Source: Vulcanimicrobiota bacterium (GTDB lineage Bacteria; Vulcanimicrobiota; Vulcanimicrobiia; Vulcanimicrobiales; Vulcanimicrobiaceae). From it: DNA of 64,000 bases. Of the stretch, positions 11,862-21,747 are shown piece by piece. Position 1 is the stretch's first letter; every line of letters begins with the position of its first letter. A model generated the notes under the pieces. The model made no database searches and had not been told where the DNA came from. It worked only from the letters and a program-made list of their open reading frames with translations. The stretch lies in assembly GCA_963833095.1 (NCBI GenBank), contig CAWHWQ010000001.1:800001-864000 (forward strand). The letters are read 5' to 3'. The position numbers and the translations under genes were made by a program.

Positions 11862-13294
11862 AGCCCCGCGTGTTTATTCTCGGTCTCGACGGCGCAGACG
11901 ACTCGAGCGTCGGCGCGGCGCTCTCAAAAGGGAAAATGCCGAACCTCCAGCGCTTGATTAAGAACACGCTGGTTCCCCTACGCTCCACGCCGCTCCCGAT
12001 CACCCCGGCGGCATGGACGTCAGCCTACACCGGCTACAATCCGGGTAAAACGGGCGTGTTGACCTTTCAGCGCCGCGTACCCAACACATATCGCGGGCGC
12101 ATCGTCAATTCGGCCGATGTTGGCGACAGTGGATTCCATACACGCCTCGCCGCTGCTGGAAAGACCGTCGTCAGCGTTGGTTTTCCGATGATGTCGCCAC
12201 CACCGCAGGTTACCGGTTCGGTGATCGTCTCCGGGTGGGATGCACCGCCCTCTGCTCCACTCGCGAATACCGCGCGGGCTGCATCGATCATTGCGAGCCT
12301 TGGATATCGCATCGACGACGAGTTTTCCAGCGATGCCGCCATCCTCGACAGCGGTATAGTCACGCGCTTTTCAATTATCCGCGAGCTAATGAAGGATGCC
12401 GATTGGGATTGCGCGATGCTTTACCTAGGGTTCATTGACGGATTAGGGCATCGTTTGGGTTATGGAAATCAGCCTACGCAAGTATTGCTCGAACGGACCG
12501 ATGCGGAGCTTGGAACGCTGGCCGCTACGCTGCCTGACAATACTTCGTTTATCGTCTGCTCGGACCACGGCTTCGGCTCGTTCGAACGTAGTTTTTCCGT
12601 GACGCAGTGGCTCGAGGAAAAAGGCTACCTCGTGTTGCGCTCACGAGCGTTCCGGAACAGTGCATCGGGGGGGATTCCGGGCATCGAATTTATGGATTTG
12701 AGTGACGGCGTGATCGATTGGTCGAAAACGCGCGCCTTCTGTTGGGATGCCGTCGGGCGCCATGCGGCAATCGCCTTGAATACGCGGGGGCAATATCCCG
12801 CCGGCATCGTCGATCCGCGCGAGGCCTTTGGACTTGCCGGCACAATCATCGATGAGCTGCGCGCAACCAGGGATGCGGGGAAGCCCGTCGTTACCGATGC
12901 GCAGCGTCGAGAGCAACTGTTCTGGGGCCCCTACACCAACGAGTTCCCCGAGATTTTTCTGGAGACGGCTCCCGACATCACGGCGTATATTGCCAAGCGC
13001 CGGCGCACCGAAGATGGATTCGAAATCGAGCCGGGTATCGTGCATGCCGGCACGTTCAACTCCCATCAGGATGATGGGCTATGGGGTTCGTCCTTTACGA
13101 CCGAGGGCACTGGGCTGCGCGTCGAGGATCTCGCGACCACCATCTACGCACTGCTCGATGTACCGATTCCCCCCGACGCTGATGGTATCAATCGCTCGCC
13201 AAGTAAGACAGTTGTGGCTGCCGGCGCCCCGGCATATTCTGCCGAGGAAGAGGCAATCGTTCGGAAACGGCTCGAGGATCTAGGTTATCTCTGA
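11858..13294 (+). CDS. Alkaline phosphatase superfamily, type I phosphodiesterase/nucleotide pyrophosphatase-like
   Basis: ILGLDGA, STPLPITPAAWTS...TG.NPG, SDHGFG, IDWSKTRA, C-terminal RLEDLGYL. Confidence 0.85.
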   Translation: MKPRVFILGLDGADDSSVGAALSKGKMPNLQRLIKNTLVPLRSTPLPITPAAWTSAYTGYNPGKTGVLTFQRRVPNTYRGRIVNSADVGDSGFHTRLAAAGKTVVSVGFPMMSPPPQVTGSVIVSGWDAPPSAPLANTARAASIIASLGYRIDDEFSSDAAILDSGIVTRFSIIRELMKDADWDCAMLYLGFIDGLGHRLGYGNQPTQVLLERTDAELGTLAATLPDNTSFIVCSDHGFGSFERSFSVTQWLEEKGYLVLRSRAFRNSASGGIPGIEFMDLSDGVIDWSKTRAFCWDAVGRHAAIALNTRGQYPAGIVDPREAFGLAGTIIDELRATRDAGKPVVTDAQRREQLFWGPYTNEFPEIFLETAPDITAYIAKRRRTEDGFEIEPGIVHAGTFNSHQDDGLWGSSFTTEGTGLRVEDLATTIYALLDVPIPPDADGINRSPSKTVVAAGAPAYSAEEEAIVRKRLEDLGYL

Positions 13295-13299
13295 TCGTC

Positions 13300-14073
13300 T
13301 TATTCGACGACGAAATAGCTCGGCTGTCCCGAAAACTGCGGAGATCTCTTGATGCGAATTGAGTTGAGCGGATAGACCTCTCGCAGTGCGATCGTTTCAC
13401 CGGGAGATTTGAAGAAGCCAAGCTCATCGAATGCAAGCACGCTGCCCTTTGTAAGGTACGGCTTCAATAATTCCAAACAGGCTTTCGTAGGCTCATAAAG
13501 ATCGAAATCAAAGTATGCGAGCGCGACGATAGTTTCAGGATGTTCGTCGAGATATTGCTTGAGCTGCTCGCTTCCTTCGCCTCGGCGTATTTCGAAGCGT
13601 TTGAGTTCAGGCAAAGGGTCCAACTGCTGCCGGAGCGACATGATTTCAGAGATTTGTGAATAGTAATCTGGAGCAGTCGTCAAACCTCCAACCACAAGCA
13701 TGGGGTCCGTACCGTCTTTTTCATCGATTGATGGGAAGCCCTCAAAGGTATCGAAGCCGATGATCTTTCGGGAAATGTTGAACGGCTCGTAGATCGTGCG
13801 CAGGCTGTCGAAAATCGCAAGATCTCGCCCCCATCGGACGCCAAATTGGATGATGATGCCGTGAACCGGCAGCGCCTCGCAGTAAAGGTGATTCAAGAAC
13901 ATCAGCCGTTTCAGCGAACGCGGAGGCATAAAAAGCCCCAGGTTTTGACACAGCTCCGCGTTCGGAATAGGAGCATTACGCGCAATTTCAGACAGTTGCG
14001 TTTCCGCATCTTGATTTCTAGCGGCTACTATTCGCTCAGACGTGCGAATCGTGTCTGACATTTGCTTACCCAA
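13300..14073 (-). CDS. TylF/MycF-like O-methyltransferase family protein
   Basis: FGVRWG, IIGFDTFEGFP, YFDFDLYEPT, GSVLAFDE motifs. Confidence 0.8.
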   Translation of the reverse strand: MGKQMSDTIRTSERIVAARNQDAETQLSEIARNAPIPNAELCQNLGLFMPPRSLKRLMFLNHLYCEALPVHGIIIQFGVRWGRDLAIFDSLRTIYEPFNISRKIIGFDTFEGFPSIDEKDGTDPMLVVGGLTTAPDYYSQISEIMSLRQQLDPLPELKRFEIRRGEGSEQLKQYLDEHPETIVALAYFDFDLYEPTKACLELLKPYLTKGSVLAFDELGFFKSPGETIALREVYPLNSIRIKRSPQFSGQPSYFVVE

Positions 14074-14093
14074 TCCTTAGACGCACATGCAGA

Positions 14094-15467
14094 TCAGCGA
14101 GCATGCGCTGGAACCGCAACTCCCGCCGCGTTCATGAAACGTGAGGCCATATCGAGAATGTCCCAATCTTCGATCAAACCGCGCCCCTGCTCGCGGGCGA
14201 GCGCCTCGATGAATATCCCGTGCTGAGCGTGATTCGCATCGTCGGGACCGGTATCGTTTTCGTACGTATAGATACCGTCGTAGCCGACCGTTCCCACGGC
14301 GCGCCAGAGCAGATCATCGAAATAGACCATGAGATCGGGCGCGACACCGCGCACCGTTCGATAGATCTCCTCCGGACGGAAGATCTGCGTCGCCATCGGC
14401 GATCCGTCGGGCCGCGGAATTGTTCGGATCTTCTGCGAGAGCTCGGCGATGAACGACTCAACTTCGGAGGGCGCAATAGTCCCTTGCGGTTCGCGCCCCG
14501 CGATGTTTAGGAAAACGCGTGAATAGTATCCGCCTTCAGCCCACACCGAGGTCCTCGCCCAATCGATTTCGAGCTTGTTGAGCGGCGTGATCCGGTCAGG
14601 ATAGTTTTTGACAGCGAGATAGCCCTCCTGAATGAGCCACTGCGCAATCGCCACGCCGCCGTCCATTCGCTTCGCTCCGTGGTCGGAAACGACGTAGATA
14701 TTCGTGTGAGCCTGGTCGACCTTCTCGAGCAATTGCGCGAGCATGACGTCGAGATCCTCATAGTATTTTTGGATGGCTCCTTCGAAACGATTCCCCGCTT
14801 CGTACGCGCGGTGCTTCGGGTCGAAGAATTTCCAGAATCCATGATGCAAGCGGTCGGTACCGATCTCGACGAACATAAAGAAGTCCCACGGCTTCTTCTC
14901 AATCCAGTCGTTAAGGACCGCGAAGCGCCGCTCGGTCATGTCGTAAATTTGCCGGAGAAGGTCGTCCTTGTCTTCGGTTCTGAAGTTCATGCAATCGGTA
15001 AGGTATTCACGCCCGTGCAGTAACTGCGCGATCTCTTCGCGCGCGTTCAGAGGGTACGTGTAGTCGCTTTTCGCGCTCGGCGTCAGGAAGCAGCCGACTT
15101 GGATGCCGTTGACCGGCTTCGGCGGAAATGACGGCGGCACGCCCACCGTAATTACATTTTTTCCGGCGCGGCTGAGATGATCCCATACCGCCGGCTCCCT
15201 GACCGATAGCGAGGTCGTTAGCGCGAGCCCCGAGTACGTGTGGTCTGTACGATTCCGAAAACCGTAGATCCCGAGTTCTCCCGGGTCCTTGCCGGTGACC
15301 ATGCAGGCCCAGGCGGGGATCGTGATCGCCGGCATGACCGTTTGGAGACGGCCGTAGGAGCCGCGCGCCATAAGGCCGCGCAGCGTCGGTAATTGCCAGT
15401 CGGTTCGTTCAAAGATCAACTCGCCTGCCGCGCAGTCGAGTCCAATAACAAGTAGGCGGGGATCCAC
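14094..15467 (-). CDS. Alkaline phosphatase superfamily, type I phosphodiesterase/nucleotide pyrophosphatase-like
   Basis: VIGLDCA, PAITIPAW..MVTGKDPG, DRLHH, VSDHG, GPDDANH; GTG start with AAGGAG upstream. Confidence 0.87.
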   Translation of the reverse strand: MDPRLLVIGLDCAAGELIFERTDWQLPTLRGLMARGSYGRLQTVMPAITIPAWACMVTGKDPGELGIYGFRNRTDHTYSGLALTTSLSVREPAVWDHLSRAGKNVITVGVPPSFPPKPVNGIQVGCFLTPSAKSDYTYPLNAREEIAQLLHGREYLTDCMNFRTEDKDDLLRQIYDMTERRFAVLNDWIEKKPWDFFMFVEIGTDRLHHGFWKFFDPKHRAYEAGNRFEGAIQKYYEDLDVMLAQLLEKVDQAHTNIYVVSDHGAKRMDGGVAIAQWLIQEGYLAVKNYPDRITPLNKLEIDWARTSVWAEGGYYSRVFLNIAGREPQGTIAPSEVESFIAELSQKIRTIPRPDGSPMATQIFRPEEIYRTVRGVAPDLMVYFDDLLWRAVGTVGYDGIYTYENDTGPDDANHAQHGIFIEALAREQGRGLIEDWDILDMASRFMNAAGVAVPAHAR

Positions 15468-15576
15468 GCTTGAAAGATTCTCCTTAACTGTCAAGCGTCT
15501 TCGACTCAAGCGGTTCGTTTCGCCTTCTCCGCGTTCCGAGGGCTTGCGCGAGAAAGCAGCTAATGAACCGGCCGAT

Positions 15577-16593
15577 ATGGTAGCCATCGAGGAACTTTCA
15601 GCTTCAGACGCGCGGTGGGTTAGCTTTTGCGCGCAGACCTCGGACACGACACTATTCCAATCGCCCGAGTGGTCGGAGACTATTCGCGAGACGTACGACT
15701 TTTCTCTTAGAGTCCTTCTTGCCAGGCAGAACGAGACGGTTGTTGGCGGCCTGCCCTTCGCGCACATTGAAGACTTTCGCGGCACACGGCGCGTGGCGCT
15801 TGCATTCGCCGACAACATCGAGCCGCTGCCTGCGAACCTCTGGCCTGAGTTCGAACGGTATCTTGCGGCAGACAGCTTGCCCTGGGCGATCCGCACGCTT
15901 TGCAAACCCTCCGACGCCTCGCATTCCAGCAAGGTCGTCGCGCAGCATCACGCGGTCCACTTACCTGCAACGTTTGCCGAAGCAGAAGCGGCCTTTAACA
16001 TCAAACACAAACAGAAATGGCGGCAATCCATGCGTGCCGGCGTCACGCATCGAGTCGATACGTCACTCGACGGCCTGCGGGTTTTCTACGAGCTGCACGC
16101 CGAAACGCGAAAATTCAAACACGGGCTGATGCCGCAGCCGCTCGCATTCTTTGAGACGATCCACCGCCGCTTCTTCCCCGAAAATGGGTTCCTCCTGATC
16201 GCCGAGCACGAGGGATCACCGATCGCCGCGATGTTTTTTCTCTCGTACGGCTCGACGATTTATTATAAGTTCAGCGCGTCGTCGCTGTCTTCGCTCTCGC
16301 TACGGCCTAATAATCTCTTGATTTCCAAGGTTATCGAGATGGCGATCGAGCGCGGATGCAAAAAATTGGACCTCGGTATCTCAGATACCGAGGGGCTCAT
16401 CGGTTTCAAGGAACGTATCGGCGGCCGCGCATCAGACGTGTACCATGCGATCTATAACCCGCGCGAAAAGACCCCCGCGGTTACCGAGGTCGAACGTGCC
16501 TTCGGCGAGATTACAACGCTGCTGACGGCGGAAAACGCGCCGCTAGCCTACGCGAAGCGAGGTGGCGAGATTCTCTATCGATTCTTTACGTAG
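15577..16593 (+). CDS. GNAT-family (FemAB/CelD-like) acyltransferase
   Basis: TLFQSPEW, PQPLAFFE, YYKFSAS, RPNNLL, LDLG.S...GL..FKER.G. Confidence 0.8.
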   Translation: MVAIEELSASDARWVSFCAQTSDTTLFQSPEWSETIRETYDFSLRVLLARQNETVVGGLPFAHIEDFRGTRRVALAFADNIEPLPANLWPEFERYLAADSLPWAIRTLCKPSDASHSSKVVAQHHAVHLPATFAEAEAAFNIKHKQKWRQSMRAGVTHRVDTSLDGLRVFYELHAETRKFKHGLMPQPLAFFETIHRRFFPENGFLLIAEHEGSPIAAMFFLSYGSTIYYKFSASSLSSLSLRPNNLLISKVIEMAIERGCKKLDLGISDTEGLIGFKERIGGRASDVYHAIYNPREKTPAVTEVERAFGEITTLLTAENAPLAYAKRGGEILYRFFT

Positions 16594-16594
16594 A

Positions 16595-17287
16595 TTAGAA
16601 GGTGCGTGCGCCTGGATCTTGCGGCGAAGCGGGCCATGCAACCGGCGGGGGCGCGAACGGTAGCGGCTTAGGTTTGTCATACACGAAAAGCGTGAATTCC
16701 CACGGATAATACGAGTGACGAATCTCGCTGAAGCGCGAGAGTTCCCTCTGCGCAAAATCAAAAACTCGTCCCGGTTCCTGATAATATCCCAGCTCGCGCT
16801 TGAAATCGACATAGCTTGTCAAAAAGTTGCTCGCGATGCCTCTTTGAGCTATTCCGAACGCCGCCCTGAGCATCGCCTTAACGAACGTGAACCACCTCTC
16901 GTCGTCGTTCGACATGCGAAGGTTGAACAAACCGGAAATCACCACGTAGTCGTAGCGCAGCTCCGGCGGGTTAACCAGAATATCGCGCTGCTCAACTTTC
17001 GCAGCCGCGTTTCGCGCCTTGGCTCTGTCGACCATTTCCGGCATTAGGTCGCTGCCACTGTACGTTGCTAGCGGATAGTGTTCGGAAAGAAACTCTCCCA
17101 GAGTCGCAAAGCCGCAGCCGACCTCGTACACCGAGAATGGGGCCGTTTCGTGCGCGAAAACTTGTGACACGGCTGCAAAATTCCGTCGAGCAACATCCTG
17201 ATCACGCCACGAACAGGCTCGCGCCGGATCGGCGTATTGTTCGATTTGACGCCGATAGTGCTCTTTGATTGGCTCGAGGTTAGTCAT
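16595..17287 (-). CDS. Class I SAM-dependent methyltransferase
   Basis: VYEVGCG, YSGSD, YDYVVISGLFN; start overlaps upstream stop. Confidence 0.85.
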   Translation of the reverse strand: MTNLEPIKEHYRRQIEQYADPARACSWRDQDVARRNFAAVSQVFAHETAPFSVYEVGCGFATLGEFLSEHYPLATYSGSDLMPEMVDRAKARNAAAKVEQRDILVNPPELRYDYVVISGLFNLRMSNDDERWFTFVKAMLRAAFGIAQRGIASNFLTSYVDFKRELGYYQEPGRVFDFAQRELSRFSEIRHSYYPWEFTLFVYDKPKPLPFAPPPVAWPASPQDPGARTF

Positions 17288-18330
17288 TGGCCCACGGTGG
17301 CCGGAGTATCGACGTTGATCGGACGGCCTTGCTGATTCATCGACGTTGTAATGGCTTCCAGCGTGCGCACGATGCGCAATCCGCATTCTCCATCGACGAC
17401 TTCCGCCCGATCGCCGCGCAGAACATCGACGATGCCTTCCACTTCTGCGCGAAGCGCTTCGGTGTTGGGTAGTTTTGGAGCGAACATATCGCCGTCGCGG
17501 TACTCCACCAGCTTCTGATACACGTCTTCGCTGTTGGTGACACGCACGCCGCGATCGTAAATCCTGACCTTTTCCTGCACTGTATGTTCGTCGTAGACCA
17601 TCATCTGCTTGTCGCCGCAGAGGAGAATCTGGCGTATTTTCACCGGCGCAAGCCAGTTCACGTTGATGTGTGCGATAAAGCCATTTGGGTAATACAGGGT
17701 GACGTAGGCCAAATCCGCGAGATCGCCATAGTGCGCGACACCCGTACACGATACGCTCGACGGCACCATCCCGCTGAGCAGAAAATCGAGAATCGAGAGA
17801 TCGTGCGGAACCAGATCCCAGACGACGTCCACGTCGTGCTGAAAAATTCCAAGATTAATTCGAGTCGAATCGTAGTAAAGCAGCTCTCCCATGCTACCTG
17901 TTTGCACAAGTTCGCGCATTTTACGAACCGCCGGCGTAAAAACGAACGTATGGTCGACAAAGAGATTACGCCCTACCGAGCGCGCGAGGTTCACGAGTTT
18001 TTCTGCTTCCGCGACGCTCCCTGCGAGCGGCTTCTCCACAAGGACGTGCTTACCAACGTTGAGCGCCTTCTCTGCCAGCGCAAAATGCGAAGTAACCGGC
18101 GTCGCGATGGCGATGAGATCGATCTCAGGGTCCCGAAGCATAACGTCGTAGTCGGCGGTCACTCCGATCGATGGGTAAATTCGCGACACACCGGCGAGGC
18201 GTTCGGCACGCGCGTCGCATACCAATTTCACCCGCGCCTTATCGGACGCTAACGCCATGAAGTTGCGTACAAGATTGGGGCCCCAATATCCGTAACCAAC
18301 TATACCGACATTGATGAGTCGCCCACTCAT
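17284..18330 (-). CDS. Gfo/Idh/MocA family NAD(P)-dependent oxidoreductase
   Basis: GYGYWGPNLVRNF, HVLVEKP, WDLVPHD. Confidence 0.92.
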   Translation of the reverse strand: MSGRLINVGIVGYGYWGPNLVRNFMALASDKARVKLVCDARAERLAGVSRIYPSIGVTADYDVMLRDPEIDLIAIATPVTSHFALAEKALNVGKHVLVEKPLAGSVAEAEKLVNLARSVGRNLFVDHTFVFTPAVRKMRELVQTGSMGELLYYDSTRINLGIFQHDVDVVWDLVPHDLSILDFLLSGMVPSSVSCTGVAHYGDLADLAYVTLYYPNGFIAHINVNWLAPVKIRQILLCGDKQMMVYDEHTVQEKVRIYDRGVRVTNSEDVYQKLVEYRDGDMFAPKLPNTEALRAEVEGIVDVLRGDRAEVVDGECGLRIVRTLEAITTSMNQQGRPINVDTPATVGQ

Positions 18331-19424
18331 TATGCGACCGCCTGGATTAGGTGCGCGGCAACATATTCCACCTGATCATCCGTCATTTCCGGGAAGATCG
18401 GGAGCGAGAGCTCTTCGCGCGCCACTCGTTCGGATTGCGGGAACGCCCCTTCGGAATAGCCCAACCCGGCGTACCCAGGCTGCAAGTGACATGGAATAGG
18501 GTAGTGGACGTTCGTTTCAATGCCGGCTTCAGAAAGCTTGACTCGGGCGGCGTCACGATTTTTCACGAGCACCGGATAGATGTGGTACGCAGATTCCGTA
18601 TCGCTAAGAAGCGTGGGCCGCTCGATCATCTCCAAGAGGGCATCGTACTGCGCTGCGACGCGACGCCGCTCGTTCGTCCAACCCTCGAGGTACCGCGTCT
18701 TGATATCGAGCACGGCTCCTTGGATACCCTCTAGTCGAAAGTTGAATCCGAGAACGTCATGCCGGTATTTCTCCCTGCTACCATGGTTACGGAGCAACCG
18801 CAATTGATCAGCAATTGCACCGTCGTCGGTGACAATCCCTCCGCCCTCGCCGCATGCGCCGAGATTTTTTCCTGGGTAAAAACTAAACGTAGCTGTTCCA
18901 CTTGCTCCGATCTTAGGGCTTCAGGTATCGCGCACCGTGAGCCTGCGAGGCGTCCTCGATAAGCACGAGATCGTGCTTTTTCGCAATCGCGCGAAGGGCA
19001 TCGAGATCGCACGGCTGCCCAAAGAGGTGCACGGGCAGAATCGCCTTCGTCCGTGGGGTGATCGCGGCTTCGACCGCGCGAACGTCAATCGTGTATGACG
19101 GCGCAGTTACGTCTAACGAAAACCGGCCTGCGCTCCCGTATACATGATCGCCGCTACTGTCGCGATGAACGTGTCGGCTTGAGTGATGACTTCGTCGCCC
19201 GAACCGACACCATAGGCAAGCAACGCCAAATGCAGCGCAGCCGTTCCGGTGTTCACTGCCACGCAATGCTCGGCACCACAAAATTCAGCGAAGTGACGTT
19301 CGAAAGCATCGACGCCCGGGCCAAGGACGAACGCATTTTTGTCGATAATAGCGCCGATCGCATCCATCAATTCGTCCCTTATCGCAGCATGCTGTGCGCT
19401 CAGGTCAACATAGGGGATACGCAT
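18330..19424 (-). CDS. DegT/DnrJ/EryC1/StrS PLP aminotransferase (two frameshifts, near 19125 and 18915)
   Basis: IPYVDL, AVNTGTAALHLAL, PVHLFGQ, IEDASQAHGA, FSFYPGKNLGACGEGG, HYPIPCHLQ recovered across three frames. Confidence 0.88.
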
Positions 19425-19483
19425 TGAGGTGGGCGCGGCGGGCAATGTTGAGCCATATTTAACCTTTACCATAGGGGGAGCTG

Positions 19484-21057
19484 TTATGCGATCGGCACAT
19501 CGCGATTCTCCGGCGGAGCAATGATGTGCTTTTCGAACTTTGCGATGATGGTGCGCCAAGCAAGATCCAATTCCTCTACGCCGATGGCGCGCGACACGGC
19601 AATGAAAACCGCGCCGCCGATCGCGATCTGACCGAACAGGTACCACGCTCGCGACGAGAGCGTGGGTTCGGTATGAACGCCCAGTGCGTCGATCCAATGC
19701 AGCGAGGCATACATCGCAAGCGAAGCGACGAGCACTTTTGCCATCGACGTGAAAAGTGCGCCCCAGTCGATCCCGCGAACCAGTCGCGCCACTAGCCCGA
19801 GCAACAGCACGGCCTGGAGCATCTGACTCAGGCTATTGGCAAGAGCAGCCCTTTCGCTCCCAATGTCGGCAGCCATAGCATAGAGAGCATGACGTTAACG
19901 AGGACAGTAATGATCGAGATTGCCACCGGAATCGCCGTCTCGCGACATGCAAAGCAGCAGCGCGTCAAAACCACGTTCGCTGCCAGGGCAACAAGTCCAA
20001 TCGCCGCATATGGAAGCAGACTCGATGTGAGGTCGGTGGCCGCCGGTCCGAATGTGCCGCGTTCGAACAACGTCTGAACCATCGGGTGCCCGAGCACGAT
20101 CAGTGCACAGACCGACGGGATCGTAATGAAATTGACAAGCCTTAAGCCCGTAACGGCGCTACGGGCGACGCCATGCCGGTTCTCGCGCGCAAATTGCGCC
20201 GCCAATAGTGGAAAGATCACCGTAGCGATCGCCGCTGCGAAGATCTGCTGCGGAAAATTCACCAGCTTGGTGACATAGTTGATCCCAGCCATGTAGCCTG
20301 GCTGCAGCGTGGAAGCGAAAAAGCGATCGAAGAGCAGGGCAAGCTGTCCGGCGGCGCTCCCAATCACGATCGGGCCAAGCAAGGTCCACATCTTCGCGAG
20401 GCCCGGATGGTGCAGGTCGATTTTAAACCGGTATTTGCCAATCGCGAGGAACGACGGTAACTGCACCAGCATCTGCGCGAGCAGCCCCCAGAACGTCCCG
20501 AAAACGAGGGCGAAGATCCCGTACTTTGCATTGAGCGCCACAACACATACAATCGTCACCACGTTGAGCGCAATGCCCGTCAGCGCCGCGGAGCGAAAGC
20601 GATGATACGCATTGAGCATGGCCGAGAACACACCGGAGAGACTGACTGCGATGATGCTTGGCATCAACGTGCGCGTCATGTGAATAGCCACACCCATCTG
20701 CGGAGCCGGAAACCCGTGGGCGATGATCGGCACGTACCAGGGTGCAGCAAGGTAGCCTATGACAGCGGCCAACGTCAACACGATGGCTAGACTATTGACG
20801 ATTGTGTTGCCAAGCGCCCAGGCATCGTCCTCGTGTCCGTGCGTGATGTACTCGGAAAAGGTCGGCACGAGCGCACTCACAAGCGCGCCATTAAAGACCC
20901 CAAACAGGATCGTTGGGATGGTTGCCGCCGCGAGAAACGTGTCCATCTCCCAACGCGTCCCGTAGAATTGCGCGTTGACCACCTCGCGAAAGAACCCCAG
21001 GATCGTCGACGCGAGCGTGGCACCCATGACAAAAAGCGTCGAAAGCGCGACGGACAT
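19484..21057 (-). CDS. murJ: MurJ/MviN lipid II flippase (frameshift near 19840)
   Basis: LGFFREVVNAQFYG, ALVSALVPTF, DRFFAS, LFERGTF; C-terminus continues in ORF 19484..19876. Confidence 0.88.
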
Positions 21058-21100
21058 GCGCGGATGACGCTGCGGGCGTGGAACGACGCGAAGGCGCGAA

Positions 21101-21742
21101 TTAATGCGCGCCGTCCTTGCGCAAGACAGCCGGAATGGTTCGCACTACTATTGCGAGATCACTCAGCGGAGTCCACGTGTCAACGTAATGGTTATCGAGC
21201 TGCATCCAGTGCTCGAACGACACATCACTGCGCCCGTTGATCTGCCACAGACATGTGACGCCTTGTGGAACGAGGAGCCGCCGGCGCGCCGCGTTGTCAT
21301 AGTGCTCGATTTCGCATGGCAGCGCCGGCCGCGGCCCGACCAACGAGATGTCACCAAGGACAACGTTGATCAGATTCGGGAGCTCGTCGATGCTCGTGCG
21401 GCGCAGCAGCCCTCCCAGCGGATGTAGACGCGGATCCTTGCGAATCTTGAAGACGGGTCCGTCGACTTCATTGAGATGCATCAACTGATCGCGCAGCTCG
21501 TGCGCGTTTTTTACCATCGTGCGCAGCTTGAAAATCTTGAAGCGGCGGCCGTGTTGCCCCACGCGCTCCTGCGCGAAGACCGGCGAACCGCCCGTGACCA
21601 GAACGATGCCGAACGCCGCGATTGCGATGAACGGCGTCGCTAGCAGCAGCAGCACCAGGCCGAGAACGAGGTCGATTGCGCGCTTGAGCGTCCACCACCA
21701 CTTCGGTACCGCACGTTCCGAGACGCGAATTGCAGCTTGCAT
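21101..21742 (-). CDS. Bacterial sugar transferase (priming phosphoglycosyltransferase)
   Basis: KRAIDL, FKIFKLRTM, KDPR, SIDELPNL, SLVGPRP, TCLWQINGRS. Confidence 0.92.
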   Translation of the reverse strand: MQAAIRVSERAVPKWWWTLKRAIDLVLGLVLLLLATPFIAIAAFGIVLVTGGSPVFAQERVGQHGRRFKIFKLRTMVKNAHELRDQLMHLNEVDGPVFKIRKDPRLHPLGGLLRRTSIDELPNLINVVLGDISLVGPRPALPCEIEHYDNAARRRLLVPQGVTCLWQINGRSDVSFEHWMQLDNHYVDTWTPLSDLAIVVRTIPAVLRKDGAH

Positions 21743-21747
21743 TCGCG

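Noticed and set aside
15552..15578. Sigma-28-like promoter GAAA-N15-GCCGATAT
   Set aside because: The -10 box overlaps the probable ATG of the GNAT gene and the -35 is imperfect; likely chance
15468..15932. N-terminal extension of the 612-aa minus-strand ORF
   Set aside because: It overlaps the divergent GNAT gene; homology begins at VDPRLLVIGLD with an SD before GTG 15467
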